This document shows positions 43,099-52,900 of a stretch of 64,000 nucleotides of DNA, one piece after another; positions within the stretch are counted from its first letter, which is position 1, and each line of letters starts with the position of its first letter. Under the pieces are notes generated by a model. The model searched no databases, had not been told where the DNA came from, and saw nothing but the letters and a program-made list of their open reading frames with translations. Position numbers and translations under genes: made by a program. This stretch comes from a virus (Duplodnaviria > Heunggongvirae > Uroviricota > Caudoviricetes). The stretch lies in IMG/VR virus record IMGVR_UViG_3300021400_000025, positions 278,479 through 342,478 of that record. The stretch is one strand, 5' to 3'.

Positions 43099-43707
43099 TT
43101 ATTTCTGCTCGTTTGGCGTCTGGTTGTAGACCTGGTTTACCGCTTCCTGAGCCGCCTTTTCCGAGACTTCGTTTGCGAGATTGGCTTTTGCGTCTGCCTC
43201 CTTCTGGGCGGCTTCCTTCGCGGCCTTCTTCGCCTTGCGCTCTGCGCGTCTCTCAGCCTCGGCCTTCTTCTGGTCGTAGGCGTTGTTGATGACCTTGTTG
43301 ATCTTCTCCCCAAGACCCTTGGACTTGAGATAGCCATTCTCATCGACATCGTTGGCATATAGCCGCTTGATGATGGCATAGATGAGTCCAGTCTCCTTGC
43401 AGAACTTGTCCTTCTCGCAAGCCTTGACGCATACCTTGGTTCCATCCTTGAATGTCACGATTGTGGCGGGATCGTTGAAGATTACGTTGTCGATGTCATC
43501 AACGATGTTCCTGAACTTCAGGGAGTTGGACTTGCATGCGCATGGCTTCTTTGCAAGGACAAGTTCGCGTGAATCGTCAACTGGGTTGATGGTGAATCCA
43601 ACGCAGCCTTTGCCATTGTTGTCCATCTTCGTTCTGGCGAGATTTGCAAGTTCATCGAGCAGTTCTTCGAACAATGCGCTCACGTCGTTTGTGTTTTCTA
43701 TGTACAT
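43099..43707 (-). CDS. Conserved phage hypothetical protein
   Basis: VIFNDPATIV.F.DGTK..VK...D.F..E.GL motif; promoter TTTACG-N17-TATAAT at 43765-43793. Confidence 0.65.
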   Translation of the reverse strand: MYIENTNDVSALFEELLDELANLARTKMDNNGKGCVGFTINPVDDSRELVLAKKPCACKSNSLKFRNIVDDIDNVIFNDPATIVTFKDGTKVCVKACEKDKFCKETGLIYAIIKRLYANDVDENGYLKSKGLGEKINKVINNAYDQKKAEAERRAERKAKKAAKEAAQKEADAKANLANEVSEKAAQEAVNQVYNQTPNEQK

Positions 43708-43797
43708 TTCATTTTCCTCTTCTTTAGTTATGTGGATTTTTCAAACCATCCATCGTTATGCGATATTATACAACATCTTTTCAACATCGTAAAGCCA

Positions 43798-44526
43798 TCA
43801 ATTGCTTTCCTCCTCAACAACCTCTTGGTTTTCTTCATCATCCATTTCTTCAAGCAGCTTCAACATGTCAATGGTTCCACTTTCAACCATTCCATTTGGA
43901 ATCTGTCCAGAGCCATTTGGAATCTCCTGTGCCTCTGCAGGAGTGGAGTTCTTCCTGTCCATCTTCTCAAGGTCGTATTTCTGCTTGAGGTCAAGAAGTT
44001 CCTTCCTATGCTCCTGCTTCAGCATCTCCATCTTCACGTTATCGAAGAACTTAATCCTCTGCTTGTAGAGGGATGTGTATTCGGCTATGAGCTGCCGCGT
44101 CTCGCCAATGAGGGAGGCCGCAGCGGAGACAGTCTCGGAATCAAGTACGTCGCAGCTTGATATTATGCCATAGACTGTTCCAATCATCTGCTTCGTGGTG
44201 TCCACCAAATCCTCAATGGACTTGAATGCGTTTTCCACATTCACCATGTTGTCGATTCTGGCAGACGCAGAGCCATTCTCGTCCGTGTTGGACGATTGAA
44301 CTTGAGTCTGCGCCTTGTCTATGATTGAAAAGTTTTCTTGAAACTTCTCGTCAATCTCATCAACCTTGGACTTGGTTTCCTCAATCAGCTTCGCCGTCTG
44401 GTCAATCACCGACTGGGCGTCGTCCATTGGCTTCGTCGCCTCGTCCATGTAGTCCTCGAACGTCTGACCTTCCTGGATTCCAAGAAGCTCGTTGAGCCTG
44501 TTCTTGTTGATTTGCTCCGCCATCAA
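43798..44526 (-). CDS. Probable terminase small subunit (gp16-like)
   Basis: Helical core (ETVSAAASLI..RQLI) and C-terminal GTIDMLKLL resembling gp16 GST.DL.K.L; similarity is weak. Confidence 0.4.
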   Translation of the reverse strand: MMAEQINKNRLNELLGIQEGQTFEDYMDEATKPMDDAQSVIDQTAKLIEETKSKVDEIDEKFQENFSIIDKAQTQVQSSNTDENGSASARIDNMVNVENAFKSIEDLVDTTKQMIGTVYGIISSCDVLDSETVSAAASLIGETRQLIAEYTSLYKQRIKFFDNVKMEMLKQEHRKELLDLKQKYDLEKMDRKNSTPAEAQEIPNGSGQIPNGMVESGTIDMLKLLEEMDDEENQEVVEEESN

Positions 44527-45164
44527 TCAATTTCCTTGTCGCTGTCCTCTTTGATTTCCTGGATGATGCTGTCCTTCTGGCGTTTCAAGAACTTGGCGTC
44601 ATCCTCGGTTATCTGCTCAGACCCAATCATCATCTTCAGGAAGTTCATGTAGGACTTGTCAAGGTTGATGGATGGCATTTCCTCCTTGGCGCGTTCAAGG
44701 CTGTCGCGCATCAACTTCCGCTTGAAGTTCAACAAGTCATAGTATTCCTTCAAGTAGGTCATCGCACAAGACCAACATATCTGGGTGAAGTACGCGAATG
44801 GATTGTTGAAGTTGAAGTTGTATTTGAATATGCCTGTCTTGAATATCCTCTCGCATGAGCGCGAGATGATTTCCTCCTTCACATGCTTGGGATACCTGAC
44901 ATAGTCTGGATGTCCCATGTAGTGCGTTGCAATGTCCAGAATCATCTTGCCCAACTTCTCGGACGGCACCCGCTTCTTCTCGTCCTTGCTCTGGTCGCGC
45001 CACTTCTTCAACTCTTCAAGCAGCTCGGCGTTGCTGACATATGACTTTCTCTTGGGCCGAGGATTATGTCTCTCCTGTTCGGCCAACTGCTATTGTCTCT
45101 TTCTGGACTTCTCCAGATTCTTCTTCTGGAATTCCTCCAGACTCTCGCTCTTTCTTCTTGGCAT
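44523..45164 (-). CDS. gp55: Late-transcription sigma factor, T4 gp55-like (TAG at codon 25)
   Basis: YVSNAELL, LGKMILDIA, EEII, NPFAYFTQI motifs. ATG 45164 after AGGA; CAA-TAG-CAG at 45095-45087. Confidence 0.8.
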
Positions 45165-45276
45165 GGTTATGTTGTTCCTGTGTTGTCTTCCAGGAGAGAA
45201 CCACATTTGACACCTTCAAACTTGGTAAATACTCCTTTCAACACCTTATCTTCAACAACAATTATACGCAAACTCG

Positions 45277-45600
45277 TCAAAAAATGCCACGGACCCTATG
45301 AGTCTTCCCATCTTCTCGTTCAATCGTTGAATCTTCCATAGGTTCCTCGCATGGGGTGTCCAATTCAACCTCGGTTGTTTTTGGCATGTCCATCTGGGTC
45401 TTGTACATGCCAAATCTGTGGGGAAGGGAAAGTCTTACTATTCTGGACTCATATTTTTCAAGTTGATTATCCATGTTGCATATCACCTTGAAATTTCCAG
45501 ATTTTTGGGCGTTGAAATTGATTATGTCAATATGATGTTTGACGGCTTTCGCACGTTCTTCTTGAATAATGTTCATTGTAAATTCCTCCCCACATGTCAT
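45277..45600 (-). CDS. Hypothetical protein
   Basis: ATG overlaps the TGA of the upstream recoded gene. Confidence 0.55.
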   Translation of the reverse strand: MTCGEEFTMNIIQEERAKAVKHHIDIINFNAQKSGNFKVICNMDNQLEKYESRIVRLSLPHRFGMYKTQMDMPKTTEVELDTPCEEPMEDSTIEREDGKTHRVRGIF

Positions 45601-46979
45601 CCTGCTTCAAGGTGTGCTTTTGCGTCTGCATAGTTCTACACTGTGTTTTGTATTTGACTTTTGTGTTTTTGGATTGCCGCATTATATGCGTCTTTCTATG
45701 CTTGAGATTTCAGTGTCACTTCCGCATTCACCATGTTCGTCACTCTATCGCCAGTATATCTTTGCCTATTTCCATTTTCAATGCTTTGCATTTCCTGTTC
45801 ATCGGTTATCATTTCCTGGTCTGGTTTGGGAAGTTTAGTGTCTGAAAATGTGTCGTTTTGGACATCTGGTGTTTCTGGCGTGAATTTTTCGTCTGGCGGC
45901 ATATTTGCGATTTCTGCCAAAGTCTGTTTGAGTTCCTGGTTTGCACTGATCATTTCGTCCGAACATTGTTGTGCCAATTCCATTCCTTCTACAGAAGTTT
46001 CTCCATGCAATTCAACTTCAGATATTGTTTCAGCTAACTACTATGAACCATCTGGACTTTGTGTGAGTTCAGAACTGGCTGCAATCGCAGTTCCACCATT
46101 TTTCAGCCAGTTGGGTGGGTTTTCTGGATCTAATTGTCCATCTCCTCCAGCATTTTCTCCATCGTCTTCTATGTTCTCCCAAAAACGTTCCCCTGGGTCT
46201 ATATCTTCTTCCTCCTCGTCATCGTCGAAATTGACCTCCACATCAGTGTCTTCGTCTGACTGGGGGGCGTCATCGAACAAATCGTCCTGGTCAGTTGGAG
46301 TCTGCTGCATCTAATCTGGATCTATCACTATGTCGTCAGATGGTGGCTCTGGCTCGGAGGTGGATGTCAATGTCTTGCCACAATCATATGTGATGTAGGT
46401 GAATGTGCCAGACAACTCGAACTCAACGAACGAGCTGCCATCTTGCGTGAGTTCAATGTCCCCCAGTTTGGTAGGATGGAAATCGTGGAATATCCAGTGA
46501 TGGTGCGTTTCGTCCTCTGGTGTGTTCCGCAATCTGACCGTGATTATGTCCTCGTCCTTTGAAATGTTGTTGTTGCTTCCAATCGTCGCCTTGGGATCTC
46601 CAGCCACCAATGGATGTCCAGTCTGGAGAACCATGTTCCTGATGTCATAGTAGTGGAAGCCCTCCTTGTCGGCGAGAATGGTCATGGACACCTCGTTCGA
46701 ACCATACTTGACATGGGTGGGGATTGAAATCGTGAATCCAGCATGGTTGATTTCCACTGTGTTCACCTCTGGACCAGGGATTCGGATGTTCTTGGCGAAG
46801 AATATGGTCCGGGGCCATCTGCTCCACACCAGCTCGAATTGGCATTGGATTATCGGACTGGAGAGATTCAGGGCGGCAAGATAGGTCTGAAGATTGGGTT
46901 TGGCATCCACCCACTCTGGATATTTGGCATATGGAGCAACACCATTCCTCTCCACCACATTGTACATTTTGTTCGCCAT
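45597..46979 (-). CDS. Tail-tube-fold protein with long acidic C-terminal extension (460 aa; 5 TAGs including a tandem TAG-TAG)
   Basis: TAGs 46311, 46041, 46038, 45696, 45636; FFAKNIRIPG..VSMTILAD..HPTKLGDIEL..VEF tube-like motifs. Confidence 0.7.
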
Positions 46980-47092
46980 TTCAAATCATTTCTCCCTGTC
47001 GTCAAAATCAAAGGGTGGTGTCATCAGGCTTCATCAGCCCATCCACCACCCTCCTTCATTGCTCTATGAACCGCAACAAGCAAAGAATCAAA

Positions 47093-47776
47093 TCAAGGAA
47101 GATTGTATGCCTCCACTGGATCCTCTGTTGCTCTGTTGCCATCGCCATCTTCGTTGGCGTTGCCCAAGTTGGTGTTTCTCATGTTGTCGGCGTTGTACTT
47201 GCCAATCTGCTCGCCAGCGATCTGCTCCCAATACACAGACTTGAAGTCAACACCAAATGTGGAAATGCTGCCAGATGTGTTGGACAACTCCAATCCATTG
47301 ACCTTCGTCACCCTGGAGCCATATATCATCGTCTTCTCCACAATGGTCTGCTGGTCAGGAGCCAGAAGATTGATTGTGATGGAAGGAGTCTGACCCTCTC
47401 CGGGACCCAACTTGGTTGGACGCCTGTTCGCCTCGAAGAACGAACCACCAGTGATGTCTGGGTTCAAGCATGCTGCCTGCCAGTCAAGCAACGCCCTTCT
47501 CAAGTCGCCACGGACGTCAGCATATACTGTGACAGAGTGGTCTTGCCCCATTTCAAGCGTTGTTGGAACCGGAATGTTGAATGCCCTATACTGCAAATTG
47601 TCAAAGTTCACCGTCCTGTCTGGAAGGGTGAAGTTCTGTCCATAGACCTGCATTCTCTCCAATGTTGCGTCAATCTGCGGAAATCCACTGAAGAACTCAA
47701 TGGAATACATCGTCTGAATGCGAACCTAATCTTGGTTGAACAAGTCAATCGCTTGAACTAGATTGTAGTTTGCCAT
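47093..47776 (-). CDS. Tail tube protein, gp19-like (TAG at codon 17)
   Basis: ATG 47776 after GAGGT SD; TAG 47726; FTLPDRTV..YRAFNIPVP..WQ..ITINLL..LEL..ISTFGVDF..YWE. Confidence 0.75.
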
Positions 47777-47861
47777 GTTGTTTTATACCTCTTTAATTGT
47801 GTCAAGATGGGTTTTTCAATTATTATTTACAAAAAATCATCTTCAAACATTTACTAGATGG

Positions 47862-47894
47862 TATTTACAATATATTGATGTGAAATGGTAAATA
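47862..47894. promoter_or_regulatory. Back-to-back divergent late promoters
   Basis: TATTTACA-N17-GGTAAATA; a further TATTTACA at 47824. Confidence 0.65.
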
Positions 47895-47902
47895 GTGGCA
47901 AG

Positions 47903-50230
47903 ATGAGCAACGAACTAGAAAATCCAGAAGACTCCATAATCAACCGAGGTCTGAACATCAGGAACATCAACTTGGATTTGTCCAATGCGTTCCACGAATA
48001 TACCATAGTCCTCAATAGGATAATGGGGGGAGAAATGTACAATGCGTCTTCCCAGACACTCAAGTTGAAGTAGGTGGATGGTCTGTCAAACCCCGAGTTC
48101 AAAGGCGCGATCAAGGTGAAGAATGGCGTGGACAAGTTCCAATATCTCATGCGCCACACACAGAAAGTGGCATCTGATCTGGGGTTGGACGCCAATGGCA
48201 TATACAACAACAGACGTGATTTCGGAAAGATCAGTGAAGTTCTGCGGAAGATGGATGTGATGTTTGACTTGGGGGATGTCAAAAGACAGATGCAGTTGTA
48301 CATCTCCAAGCAGGACAACAATGTGTCCAGTCTTGACAATGAAGACATGTGGGTTGACTACATCATGACACCTGATTGGCTGAATCGTCTTTCTGAATCC
48401 ACATTGGACAATGTGAATGTGTCCACCGATCATCGTCTGGCGTATCTTTCTGACATAGTGCAGGGGATGATGAAGGATCACGAAATCGACTTCCACGCCA
48501 GTCTGGACGACATCAACTTCTCATAGTACATGGACAAGGGAGATGAGAGCGACAATGGATATCAGAACACCGTGAACAAACTGGTGCTGTTCAACAAGTT
48601 GAGCCATCCAATGTACGAGTTGTTCAAGCCGATTGGTGGAACCACTGAAAAGTACATCAAGGTCACGGTTGAGTCCAATGGAATGGTCGAGGTGTCTGGC
48701 GTGGTGGGGCTTTCAGACTGCGACCATGTCGAATGGGAGTATGGTTCCAAGGAATATCTCCGATCGTTGAACACAGGGAACCAGATGTATGAATTCAAGC
48801 TGTCCAGACCATTCAACGATTTGGATTCAGTTCTCTGGTGGAAGCCAGACGACAAGGAGGAACTTCCAGACCAAGAGGAGGATGTGGACGAGGAGAGCAA
48901 GAAGTACAGATACTACAAGCCCTACGAGACGGAAAGATTCTTGCGCTGGTTCGGCTCAACGCATGTTCCATATCTGGATGTTGAACATGTTGTCAAGAAG
49001 ACCATCTGCTCAATCCCAGTCATCTCCAACGACACATAGAGAAGGAACTTCTTCGCAGACGCGAACAACCTCATGGTTCCCGACCTCCAGGGGAAGAACG
49101 TGGATGAACGAACCTCGCTCTCCCTTCTGTCTCTCTGCCAGAAATCAACATTGGACATAGTGGAGAAGGAAGATGGGCAGTATCTGAGATTCGTGGTGTC
49201 TGGAAACCAAGGGACATCCAATCTGGCGTTCAAGTTGCGGGCGAAGATGCTTCCTGAAATCGAGGAAATCAACCACTATCACCACACATTGAATGTGATC
49301 TTCTCAGGATACTGCACATTGTCCAAGCGCATCATGTTCCTCCAGGAGACAAGCAGACAGAACCCCCCATTGGAGGAATATGCTTGGAGCAGACTGTACC
49401 CACAAAAGGAGTATCTTCCCCAAGAATGGATTGATGTGCATGGGGCGTTGAAGAGAATCGTGGAACTTCCCACATCCATTGATTTAGTCAGATTCAGAAT
49501 GCTTGACTATGAAGCCATGTTCAGGGGTCTGGATGAGCAATATGATGAAAGGTTGAAGTTCATACATGATTTGGCAAATGGAGAATATGCGTAGGACAAG
49601 GACATGGAACGAGAAATGCGCGGATACAAGTTCTATGACGAGAACCTGGAGAGATGCATCTTTCGATGGGAAGAGCAGACTTCAGACGTGGTGGCGGCAT
49701 TCAACTCGCTGAACATGTCAAAGGCGTAGAAGGAGGATATCGCGGAGAGATTGAACGCATTGAAGGACGCGATGCTTGAACTGGAGGCTGCAATCCCATG
49801 GGAGACCACAGTTGACATCATCCGCGAGAGAATCCAGACATTCAACAACCTCATAGTGAGGCTTCCAGCAGACCCAACCACCAACAAGTTCACCTTGAGA
49901 TCGAAGCACATATGGCAAGACTGGAAGGAGTTCGTGGATGGCTCTTTGGAATGGCTGGTGAAGGAAGGGAAGTTGTATGTCCTCCATGAGCCATCTTCCG
50001 AGTTCACATCGACATTCGGGAATCAAAAACTGTTTGATGGTGTTGGCACAGACGGAAAGGAGTACCAATTCGTGGAACACTATGTGGACGAGGGAACAAA
50101 AACTCCACTCATAGACTACTCGTATTGCATGGATAAGGTCAGCGAGACGAAGTATGTCGCCAAGAAGGACGAGAAGGGCAATTACATCGGGGACAGATGG
50201 GAGGCATGGAACGAAAGCGACTTCATGTGA
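47903..50230 (+). CDS. Large hypothetical late protein (775 aa; 5 TAGs)
   Basis: Five same-frame track ORFs joined through TAGs 48071, 48524, 49037, 49592, 49727; TGA stop. Confidence 0.75.
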
Positions 50231-50240
50231 TCAACTGTGA

Positions 50241-50954
50241 TCACAAAAGCTGCTCCAAATCCCCACGGACATCATCTTTGCATTTTTCCATGAACCTTTT
50301 CATGTCTGAAGATGGGGAATGTGTTCCATCAACCATCAGTTTCAAGGAGATGTCCATCATCATATCGTTCGTGGAGACCACCTTGACGCATGGCTGGACT
50401 GCATGTTCATCTTGAACAATCGGCAGAAGGGACTTGCGTGGAATAATCTCCTTCGCCAAATCCACCACTGAATCCAGATCGAAAGACGATGATGAATAGA
50501 AGCTGCAACCTTCCCCACTGTTCAGATTCAACTTCTCCAGAACGCGCCAAATCCCATCCAACAACTCGTCAAGATGCTTGAGGTTGGAGAAGCACACCAA
50601 TTCCGAGGATGGAACATACCTTCTGTTGGAGAGATGAAGCAATTTGGTTCTGGTTGCATCTGCGACAAAGGGACATGATTCAAGATGGCTCAAGAATGGA
50701 TGAAGGGCGATGTTGTTCACTGGCTTTGGCTCTCGGACGACTATGCATTTCGCCCCATGCTTGCGCGAGATGTCCATCCCTTTGTCCAGCAAGAACCGCA
50801 CAGAATCCTTCAATCCACAATCCAAACTGGTTGAATCCAAATACAATATCCCCACTTGATCCACGGACTTGAACTTGTCAGGAAATCTCACTGGAAGGAA
50901 CTCGTTGAACCAAGCCCCAACAAGGTTCTTGAAGTCGGAAATGACGTAGTTCAT
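50241..50954 (-). CDS. Hypothetical protein
   Basis: TGATG overlap with the upstream gene. Confidence 0.6.
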   Translation of the reverse strand: MNYVISDFKNLVGAWFNEFLPVRFPDKFKSVDQVGILYLDSTSLDCGLKDSVRFLLDKGMDISRKHGAKCIVVREPKPVNNIALHPFLSHLESCPFVADATRTKLLHLSNRRYVPSSELVCFSNLKHLDELLDGIWRVLEKLNLNSGEGCSFYSSSSFDLDSVVDLAKEIIPRKSLLPIVQDEHAVQPCVKVVSTNDMMMDISLKLMVDGTHSPSSDMKRFMEKCKDDVRGDLEQLL

Positions 50955-51481
50955 CACTTGCCCTTCGCGGCACATTCAAGTTCATCAATAATCTCAGACC
51001 GCCATGTGGGATTGCCGTTATCCTTGTAGAACTTGAACATCCTCAGTCCATCCATGGAAACGCCATCCCTCTTCATGTTGTCCAGCAAAGTTCCATCGCC
51101 AACTTCATAGTAGTCAGAACCATCAGCGTTGAAATCCAAAGGTGTATGGAGATAGCCACCTTCCGTCATGTAGAACTTCGCCTTGTAGATGTCCAGCTTG
51201 GAGAAGTCAATCTGATGCATGTCGCAATCCATCATGAGATCTGGGGTCAGCTTGAAGATGTAGTCTCCTTCGCTTCCCCTGTTTTTCAGAACGATGAAAT
51301 ACGCTTCGTCCTCCTTGAGGTTGTCGAACGCAGAGACGTCAAACGCATGTTCAACCTGCTTCTTGGTCTTTTTCTTGTCCTTGACCACAATGATTGTGTC
51401 GGGTCCAGTCTTCACCTTCTCGCCAAAGATGATGAAAGATGACGAACTTGAGTTGCTGACGAAATCTGACCTAATCTTCAT
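50954..51481 (-). CDS. Phage protein of the MKIRxDFVSNSSSSSF family
   Basis: Characteristic N-terminus; promoter TTTACA-N17-TATAAT at 51509-51537. Confidence 0.7.
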   Translation of the reverse strand: MKIRSDFVSNSSSSSFIIFGEKVKTGPDTIIVVKDKKKTKKQVEHAFDVSAFDNLKEDEAYFIVLKNRGSEGDYIFKLTPDLMMDCDMHQIDFSKLDIYKAKFYMTEGGYLHTPLDFNADGSDYYEVGDGTLLDNMKRDGVSMDGLRMFKFYKDNGNPTWRSEIIDELECAAKGK

Positions 51482-51541
51482 GTGGTTTTCCTCTACCTAT
51501 CCAAGCACATTATACACCATATCCGAGATGGTGTAAAGGGG

Positions 51542-52807
51542 TCATGAAACTATCAAAAGTCTGTTGTTCGAGCGCGTCACCGCAGTGTAGAGCCATTTCC
51601 TTCTATAATCCTCGTCCCAATAGCCAGAAGTCTCCTCGAACAACATGACATTTCCCCACTCCGAGCCCTGGGACTTGTGGACAGTGAGGCAATAGCCGAA
51701 ATCGAATGCATCGAAATACAGCTTCCGCCTTCCCCGCTTTCCACGCATCATCTTCCTCTCCTTGATGGTCAGATTTGACTTCATCTGCATGAGTTCCTTG
51801 AGGGTGATGAACTCCTTGCCATCAGACGAATACTTCAGCTCTCCGAAATGATGCTTGTTCACCAACCCTCTGTACTGAAAACCATCATCAACATCCACAA
51901 CCATGGTCCAAGCTTCATTCAGCATCTCGCAGCCTGGGTTGGAGATGTCAGATATGGATTCAATCTTGCCAAGCATGCCATTGTAGATTGGATCAACATA
52001 TGCTCGGTTGTTCCTCAGACACACAACCCTGTCCCCAACCCTCGGAACCTTGTCGTCAATGTCGTCAATCACGCCATAGTTCAATCGTATCAACTGGTTC
52101 ACATCAGCCCTTGTGTTGTTCGTCCCACAAAGACATATGCCATCAGAGAAATCCTTGAGGTGGTTCAGGATGAAATCATTCACCATTGGGTCGTTCTCGT
52201 TCACCTTCGCCACCTTGTCGTCGAACTGCTTGAATGGAATCCTTGTCCCCTCACGCGCCATCACTGACAAGTCAAGAAGGGCAGTGTTGGCTCCGAACCT
52301 ATGAACTTCCTCCAGTCTTATCACAGGGTCGGTCATCAGGTTGAAGTCATCCGAGGAAATGGGAGGAAGTTGGCCATGGTCTCCTACAAATAGAATCGGA
52401 ATTCCATACATCCTCAAGTCTTGGAACAGCTCCTGGTTCACCATTGAAGCCTCGTCAACTATGATGAGATTGTAGTCGATGTGCCATTTCCGCTCAAAGA
52501 CGTTCATGTTGGTGTCTGGATCAACCCTCACATGATAGCAAAGCCCATGGATGGTGCCGACATAATCGTTGTCGTTCACTGCGTTCGCGTCAATCAGCTT
52601 GTTCTTCATCACACCAGACGCCTTGCCTGTGTATGCCGCAAACGCCACCCTCCAACTGGGAGGAAGGGACTTGCGAACCTCTGCAATCAAAGAGGACTTG
52701 CCAGTTCCAGCATATCCCCCCAGAGTCAAATAGGATGAACGCCTTGGAGAATGAATCCAGTCAAGGATTGTCTTCTTCGCTTCAAGTTGGTCTTTGCTCA
52801 AATTCAT
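51542..52807 (-). CDS. dda: Dda/RecD-like SF1B DNA helicase
   Basis: GYAGTGKS, AYTGKAS, IVDEASMV, GDHGQLPP, TVHKSQGSEW, LYTAVTR. Confidence 0.85.
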   Translation of the reverse strand: MNLSKDQLEAKKTILDWIHSPRRSSYLTLGGYAGTGKSSLIAEVRKSLPPSWRVAFAAYTGKASGVMKNKLIDANAVNDNDYVGTIHGLCYHVRVDPDTNMNVFERKWHIDYNLIIVDEASMVNQELFQDLRMYGIPILFVGDHGQLPPISSDDFNLMTDPVIRLEEVHRFGANTALLDLSVMAREGTRIPFKQFDDKVAKVNENDPMVNDFILNHLKDFSDGICLCGTNNTRADVNQLIRLNYGVIDDIDDKVPRVGDRVVCLRNNRAYVDPIYNGMLGKIESISDISNPGCEMLNEAWTMVVDVDDGFQYRGLVNKHHFGELKYSSDGKEFITLKELMQMKSNLTIKERKMMRGKRGRRKLYFDAFDFGYCLTVHKSQGSEWGNVMLFEETSGYWDEDYRRKWLYTAVTRSNNRLLIVS

Positions 52808-52900
52808 TGCATATACATTATACAACTTTGCATCAAAATAGTAAATAACCAAAAGAAACAAACAATGTTTTCAACACAATTTGTGTAAATATAATTGACA

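Noticed and set aside
45224-45231. GGTAAATA upstream of gp55 as an autoregulatory late promoter
   Set aside because: It is on the plus strand, pointing away from gp55, with no credible sense gene downstream. It is a chance match or an antisense promoter and cannot be supported.
36803-50230. Reading the fragmented structural ORFs as pseudogenes of a decayed prophage
   Set aside because: The breaks are almost all TAG, never frameshifts or TAA, and fall in essential genes with intact motifs. Recoding explains this better.
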